A stretch of DNA of 57,651 nt, the filler included, from Sphacelaria rigidula (Eukaryota): assembly GCA_964200075.2 (NCBI GenBank). It is 5 parts of 5 records of this genome, joined end to end, with 100 filler letters (N's around TTAATTAATTAA, not from the genome) between each part and the next. Parts side by side here need not be neighbours in the genome. Positions count along the whole stretch, not along the records: positions 46,203 to 57,651 come from CAXNAA020004909.1; 4 more parts are not named here. One strand, 5' to 3'. Positions 50,585 through 57,651 of this stretch are shown here, piece by piece. The notes below the pieces were generated by a model. The model was given only the letters and a program-made list of their open reading frames with translations. It had not been told where the DNA came from and did no database searches. Numbering within the stretch: the first letter of the stretch is position 1; every line of letters begins with the position of its first letter. The position numbers and the translations under genes are program-made.

Positions 50585-51285
50585 TTGTGGCGGTTTGCAA
50601 GGATCTGAAATATCGTACTTCCGGATTCCCCAGCATTGGCGAAACGGCAATGGTAGTACACTTTCGAGCTCTTCCCACAAGGTACACTCGTCCGAAGCGA
50701 TCACATCTGTTCCCATCTCCGCACGAAGTCCGACTCTTGCATGCAGGGGTTCGGCTACCGAGTTTGCTCTCGACAGGCAACCAATGCACACACAAATATA
50801 ACCGGATGTAGCGAGTGCCAACAGGAAAGTGTTATGCACGTCAAAGCCCTACAGGAGTCGTGCAAGCAAAATCTCTACGGCCGACGGTAACCCATGGAGG
50901 CAGAAACTCAGGCAGTAAAATGGCTCTGCTAGTGTCATCGATTGGAAGCGCCTGTACACAGTACCATGTACACATATACAGCACTACAGCACAGCGCGGC
51001 ACAGCACGTACATTGCCGTGCGCTCAGGAGCAGTATAGCGCCGCCTCACGTGTTCACTCGTTGGGCCCAATTTTTGTCTGTGCATGGGTTGGTTGTCACG
51101 GGCAAACCTCGGTAGCCAACTGTCCGCATGCGAGAGTTGGACGTCGTGCGGAGATGGAAGCATATGTGATACCCTCGCACGAGTGCACCTCGAGGAAAGA
51201 GCTCGAAATTGTGCGATCGTTGTCGCTCTCCACAGTTGGAAATCTGGAGATGTAGTAAATCAGTTCCTTCGAAACCGCCACAAAT
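50585..51285. repeat. ~210-bp degenerate inverted repeat (50585-50792 / 51077-51285), MITE-like, in the APE1 intron
   Basis: The arms share tgtggcggttt, tttcgagctctt, ccatctccgcacga and ggctaccgag. Confidence 0.75.
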
Positions 51286-51593
51286 AGGTGCAGGTCTCCC
51301 CAGGTTATGGTTTTGCGTTATTTGTTGTGGGGAACAGACATAGGAGACAGGTTTTCAACGGTTTCGGGCAATCATATCATCATGAATCGATGCGATTGTT
51401 TTGAGGAACAGTCTTTACTCGCAGCCTATTCCTGTTGATCAAGAAAAACGTCCAGATATACTTGCATCTGCCGTTTGCCCCAACAACGTTTGAGGCGAGA
51501 AATGATCGGGTGGATACCAGGGCCTGTCTTTGCCTGGAAAACGACTGTCTTGACACTCTGTATTTTCGGTGGATGTAAATCTGTGCGCCTCAG

Positions 51594-52066
51594 GTGACCT
51601 CAACGTGGCCCACGAAGACATTGATTTCTTCAACCCTTCCAACAAGATCACACTCAAGGCAGCGGGCACCACTCCTCAAGAGCGCGGCTCGTTTGCGACC
51701 AAAATACTCGGTCGAGATCCCCCGACATCGTGCCTCGATCCTCCCGAGTCTTCCCAACGATCAACCGAGCAGCACGGACAGCGGGGGTATGACAGCAGTA
51801 AGGGAGGAGTCACACTCGTAGATGCCTTTCGCGCTCTGCACCCTACGGCGAAGGGTGTGTTCAGCTATTGGTCCATGCGTGCCGGAAACCGACCGTTTAA
51901 TCGAGGGATGAGATTAGATTACTGTTTGGTGTCGCGTGTGTTAGCGGACAACCCAGAACGCAGGAATGGTCGTGAGTTGGGGGGGGTTCACGATGCATTC
52001 GTGTTAAATAATGATATGCTCGGACTCAGTGACCACTGCCCAGTTGGGTTGATCCTACGCCTTTGA
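51594..52066 (+). CDS. APE1: AP endonuclease (APE1/ExoIII family), last exon
   Basis: The cag|GT join completes GDLNVAH. Also AGTTPQER, LVDAFR..HP, FSYWSMR, GMRLDY and SDHCP, ending at TGA 52064-52066. Confidence 0.93.
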
Positions 52067-55000
52067 TTCGGTCGCTAGTATTCGCGAGGGTTGCAGTATG
52101 TCGGTAGCCATATGTTCGGATTGGTGGAACTCCTTAGATGTCCTGAAGGTCGCATCCCCACCTGACTCGCAGCCCAACTTTGGTCCGAATCGAGGTGCAA
52201 TCCGACTAGCAGTTTGTGTTTTACCTTCACCCGGTGCGGAATCACGTGGCATTACGGTCAGCTTTTGTACCGTATGGGTTCTTAGTACAACACCGCTATT
52301 TTGTACCTGCTGCTGTGGGTAGGTTGCGTAGATCCCAACTTTTCAGTTTTCGATAATTGGAAAACCCCCGCATAAATAGCGTCACGTTGTACGTACATCA
52401 TTTCTGTGCCGTGTTAATTCACAAGTTGCTGCCGTTGTAGGGGTTGGAGTACCAAATACCAACAGAGACAGGGTGTTGTCTCTCGAGGAAGAGTATCCAG
52501 TAAGCGGGGTGGTCAGATGATGTAGCAGTGCAACGCCTGAAAGGTAAAAAACACTCCGTGTGCTGGAGACATCCAAACATGCTTCAGGTTGAAGACCGGA
52601 TAGATCTTGCAGTCTGCGGGAACAGCAGTCATCAGCAAATCGAATGATGTTCGAATTTGCGGGCTTCCGGTAGACCCGGATATTGATGGTTGCTGGGAAT
52701 GCCACCGAATGATGTTCTAACTTTCCTTGGAAAAATCGGTGTGACTGCCATGTGCAAAAATCAAACGCGACGTAGGCAGTTGGCACGGTATATTATTTGA
52801 AAACCTCCCAGGATGTGTTTCGAACTTGACTGTTTCCGAAAAATCGTGCGAGTGGCCTGATGCCAACTTCGTGTTCCGCGCATTTTTGCCCATGCCCCTC
52901 GTTTTTTAGTACCAACCTCGTAAATTGAAAACAGAGTCCCTCTTCATCGCCGGCATTGCATCACCGCATATTATCAGGTTTTCCCAAAACCTCTTCGAAT
53001 TTGACATTACCGCATTTAGTTTTATTCCCATGGTACAAGGAAGATTTGGACGTACACCATGTCACATATCGTGCAACTCGTAATTTGCACACTGACGGAC
53101 CAGAAACACCACTTAAAACTCACAGATCGTTCACCCTTTTGCTATTGTGTGGCAAAAGATTGGAAAAACAGGAACATGAAAACAACCAAGCGTGATGTCG
53201 TGATGCCCTCCTTCACAGAGGTGGTTGATCAGAGGAGGCAAAACCTACATGCGAATCAAAATGACGGAAGCTGACTACACCATGCAGCTGGGAACTCCCA
53301 CGCTTGGGGTTGGTTCCCACCGTCACTCATATGCGGCGGTTCACGCAGTCGGGAACCAGCTTCATGTGCTCCATGGCCATTATCTTCCTGACAGATTTGG
53401 GACTGGTTTAGGCTTGGGCTATCGCGGTATCACTCCCAACAGTACACCGAAACTGCCGGGAGCCCGTGAATGTCTCCAGTATGAAGAGCCGAAACGTTAC
53501 GAAAATACACGTCGCGTGTAGTCACCGTAGTGTACAAATGTGTGCGAAGTTCTGAGTGATTTTTTTCACGAGCCACGAAGAACATCGTGTACGACTGTAT
53601 TCGTCTTCTGTTTCGTGAGAATACCTGGTACACTCGTGATATAAAGGTTCGATCATCTCGGATATGTGACGGCGGATATCAGTCGCTTGTATAGAAGGCG
53701 TTCTCGATGTGCGTGATATGGGCGATAGGTCGTATTCCAGCCGTACGTCAGGTAATATTCCAGTCTGGTTTTGCAGTATCGCCCCAGGCTGGTCACTCGT
53801 GTTTAGCTACCCAGCTAAGACTAACAACAGAGCTGTCAGCCACCACTTGGAATCATCTCGCTTGCAAGCAAGTCAAGAGCACCTCTTCTGCACGTGAACG
53901 TGAGCCTGTTGTTTTGCATGATGTATGCAGTGCTGTTTGAACCGAACTCTGATGAGTCTCTGGTGCAACACCGTTGTGTGCTGCAATAACGGTTATGCTG
54001 GCCGCTGGTGTTACACCACCCCCAGCCTATGTCCCACGAGCTTGATACGCCAGCCTGAGACTCGACCACGACAGATAGCATAGCGTCGTGTGTTCTGTGT
54101 ACCCCTGAACATCGCGTGTGGACTTATTCTGACAGCAATGGCGAGGGATCCGACAAGCATAACACGCCGTGTGACGAACGTGAGAGGTGCTCCGAATTCC
54201 GGACAGAATTGAGAGATCCGTAAAACTAATTTCGTTCTTCTTGCCGTTTTTTTTTGAGAATTTCTTGAAATTCCTTGAGGAACCGGACCTTTTTCGGGGA
54301 TATGAAACCTTTTCAAAAGTTGTTTCGTGCCTTCAGGCAAATTCCAATTTCACGAAGTGAATTTGGTTTCTGCAGAGGGTACAAATTCGACAAACCGTTT
54401 TTTTGCGACTCCGTTTTTGCGACTTTTCTTCTGCTAGATTTTCCCACACTAAAACCCCTACGAGCTGGGCCAGCTTAAAAGCGGCTAAACGTTGTCGAAA
54501 CTAAGCTTTCCCAGTCTCCCGAATAAACCCGATGTAAGCATATCACTGTGAAGTGCAGACCAACCTGGTAACACACGGCACCACCGCTAAATGAAAAAAC
54601 AAGATGAAAAAATGTGCTGCATAAGATACTCGTCTTGCCGGGAAACGGCTCGCGTCTCAGCGCCGGATTGCTGGGCAAAAGGAAGATATTCCGGGACAGA
54701 ATCTGCTCAATTAAATTAGCGGGTGACGCCCGCATCACGAGCCGATGAACCTCCCACACACAGATTAGGGTAACTCAAAGTGAAGTGGAAGAAGCGCAAC
54801 TATAGCCGAGTGCTCGAACTCGGCACTGGCCCAAAATTGAAGACCTCTCCAGAATCAAACGGAGGACTCAAAAACATGGGACATGTCCTGTTTTACTACT
54901 GTATCGCAGGGAAAACACTGAAGCCATCTCTCATATGTTGGGGCTTCCACTGTCTGTTCTGATGTGGTATGTTCACGCATTGCGGAGACGGTTTGGATTG

Positions 55001-57651
55001 CATGAGCTGCGTGCGGTATTGTCGTTGTGGGTCTCTCCAGAAAACAATGTTAATCGGCACGCAGTGCTGGCTGCACACTGTTGAAAGCTTCGGTTTGGGC
55101 GACGGCGATAATACGAACACGATTTATGTTTCAATACATTACGCTTCCGTACTACGACACATCACCATACCCCGGGTGCGTGCGGCAGACCTTCATTTAG
55201 GAGTAAAAGGGCCCAGCCGAGACCACGCCGGTTTCACCGCCGAAATCTAAGACCGCAACGCCACAACACCGAGGTTTTGTCGACAGAAACTTTTGGGACA
55301 CGGAGCTCCTTCCCCCCCCCACTCCCAGAGGACAGCGTTTCCGAAATTGTGATGATTTTTTGGATTCTTCTTGTGATTTTCTTGTGAATTTCGTTGTTGT
55401 TGAAATTGATCAACAAACACTGATAAAAACCGAAAAGTCTGGCGGGCTTTGAAAGGTTCGTATATTTGCTCCTGCTCCTCGCCCGCCCTGTCCCGATGAC
55501 CTCGGATGCCGGCAACGCTCACACATTTCTATGTTAAATACACGAGAGCACGGCAGCGACAGCCTGCAGCCGTCGTAGCAACCTTATCTCACGCCACGCC
55601 AAATTTGCCCGGACTACTAGTGGTAGGTAGTCGAGGCATACGACACGGAACATGACCCCATAAATGTAATCATGAAAGTTGATGAGCTTGGAGGGGCGGT
55701 GTGTCCGTCAGCGGTCTCCATGCCAAGGATCTCAGTAACCCGCAGATGACCGCATCCGCCAGCGCCTCGGCAATAAACTAGGGGACAGCAGGCTGAGTGT
55801 TCCCCACCCCCCTCAAGAAGTCAAATTTTCGAGCTTGGGGCCCACGTGTCCCGAAATATATTATTGACAGACCCTGGCAAACACCGAAAAAAGTTGAAAT
55901 TGGAAGCGCTCTGGGCACAGGGTAATCTATACCCATCATGAATCTGAGTGAGAAGAGATTGCAAATTAGTCGTACATTGGAGATGACCCAAACCCTGGCG
56001 ACTCAATCCCGGGCAACTGCATGTACGTAAAGGGTTGATCGTCAGCACTCCTTCGGCTAACGGCGTTTTTCTGTGTGCTGATGCCATCGCTTGAGGTATG
56101 CTGCACACATGTTGGGACAAATTTCCCCCCCGGTGACATCCCAACCTTCACCTTTTTGTTTCGCCGGGTTCAAATGAGCCGCACGGCATTGCAACGTAGA
56201 CGCATCTCGAGCGCAACGCATGTGAACGCAGCAGTGTGTTATATACGCGCGCAGTACAGCACGATACAGCTCTGTATACATGCAGTGCACAGTATAGAGC
56301 ACGGTCGAGGAACAAAACGAAGGGTTTCGACGGCTTCGAGGCAAATTTTCAAAACATGGTTCACACAGTACAGTACAGTGAGTATTCAGTACACGGCGGT
56401 AGTGCAGTGTAGCGAGCATAGATGGGTTCTGCGATGAAACGTTAAGACTGATTCCCACACGCTCAGGATCAACCCGCGGTATTGCGAGCATGACGAGTAT
56501 AGACGGGTATCCCGACCAAACATTTGGTCGACGTACAGAGACGCGCCATAATCACAGGCGTAGTCACAGATACCTACTTTCTAAACAAATCTACGCAGTA
56601 CAAGTCGATACGCACTCGCTGGCTCACTACTTCACTACCTGGGTATTCGGAGCGAAACAATGTCTTCTCGACCACGACCATCGGGGCTCATGTTGCTCCG
56701 TTTTACGGTAGTAGCGTCATCACGACATTTTCACCCCCCTCTAAATCCAAGTTCACGCCCAGGCATTTTTCCCGCCTTCGAGGAAGTCGGAAAGAACCCC
56801 CCCCAAAAAAATAATGGCACTACATTCCAGCACGTCTACAGCACAACCATCGCATGACGAAACGTCAGGTCGGTCCAGTCTCCGACGCATACACTGCTCC
56901 AAAGCGGCCGGCAAAACACCACATGCTATGTAAAGCAGCAATTAAAAAGGCGCAAACGTGTGGAAGGCTGGTGTTGTGATGGTTTTCGCTATCCCTGCGA
57001 CTGTAGTCTCACGAGTCCAGATACCCCCCCGCCCGCGTACACATCCGTAGTAAACGTTCCCGTACCCCTCTCCTGGCGCTGGCTGTAGGACAGCGCGGTG
57101 GAAATCAACACCCTTGTGTGGCAGTTGCCTAACCTCAATTTTCGCGAGGAAAGGACAACATGGACACAACCTGAAGCGGAGTAGCCGGTGGCTTAGCTGG
57201 TGCAGTTTCCGAGAAATCCAACATGTCATCACCCGGTGGTGTTCCATTGCATCGCCGATGGTAGTAGGATGTAGCTGTAACTACGCATGTATACGCGTTG
57301 GGCGGGGGATTATCCTCAGCACCCGCTTTTCTCTATCGGTTCGCCGGACCTGAAAATATAGCGCGGACAAACGTGGACGGCATGAGAGCAGTCTTATACC
57401 AAATTGCTTTCAAGAACCCATCGTGCGTAATACAATTGGAGCGTGTCTCGCGCGAAAAACATAACTTCCATGTATTCTTTTGTGCACTACATACATGCAT
57501 TATCCAGGAAAGATTTGAAGCTCCATACGCTGGTAGCGCCGATAATTGCCAGGCTTGGCATGAAAACGATGTTTCAGTTGTTATTATTATTATATCCATC
57601 ACATTAGCTCGATCTCTCGAACCCGTGGTCACAGAGTGCAAGGAGCATACC

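Noticed and set aside
15536-52066. Basic exon at 15536 as the N-terminus of APE1 or of the ParB-MTase gene
   Set aside because: Different contigs; the link cannot be made from this window.
53219-57260. Exon-like blocks near 53219-53400, 56599-56707 and 57089-57260
   Set aside because: Splice-like signals exist, but no frame could be chosen and no family was recognised.

Overview
Eukaryotic, intron- and repeat-rich DNA. The SINE, LINE and Gypsy families and the exon style suggest a brown alga or related stramenopile (inference). The window is not one locus. It is five contigs of 11452, 11450, 11450, 11450 and 11449 bp (1-11452, 11553-23002, 23103-34552, 34653-46102, 46203-57651), joined in descending size order by identical 100-nt N44-TTAATTAATTAA-N44 spacers, so nothing should be linked across spacers. 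The main discovery is on contig 3. It is a previously unannotated gene on the + strand with at least 8 exons (about 23140-29432/29549), invisible in the ORF track because it is spliced. Its reconstructed product reads ParB/Srx-like domain (VLNGNHR), ParB-type helix-turn-helix, Ala/Thr/Pro linker with an NLS-like KRKR, then a beta-class N6A/N4C DNA methyltransferase fold with degenerate catalytic and SAM-binding motifs. This copy has in-frame stops, nested TIR elements in intron 2, and a decayed chromodomain-bearing Ty3/Gypsy element just downstream. Contig 5 holds the intact last two exons of an APE1/ExoIII AP endonuclease. The rest is decayed LINEs, tRNA-derived SINEs, MITE-like inverted repeats, microsatellites and a few orphan exons. 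All family assignments come from motif recognition by eye; no searches were run.
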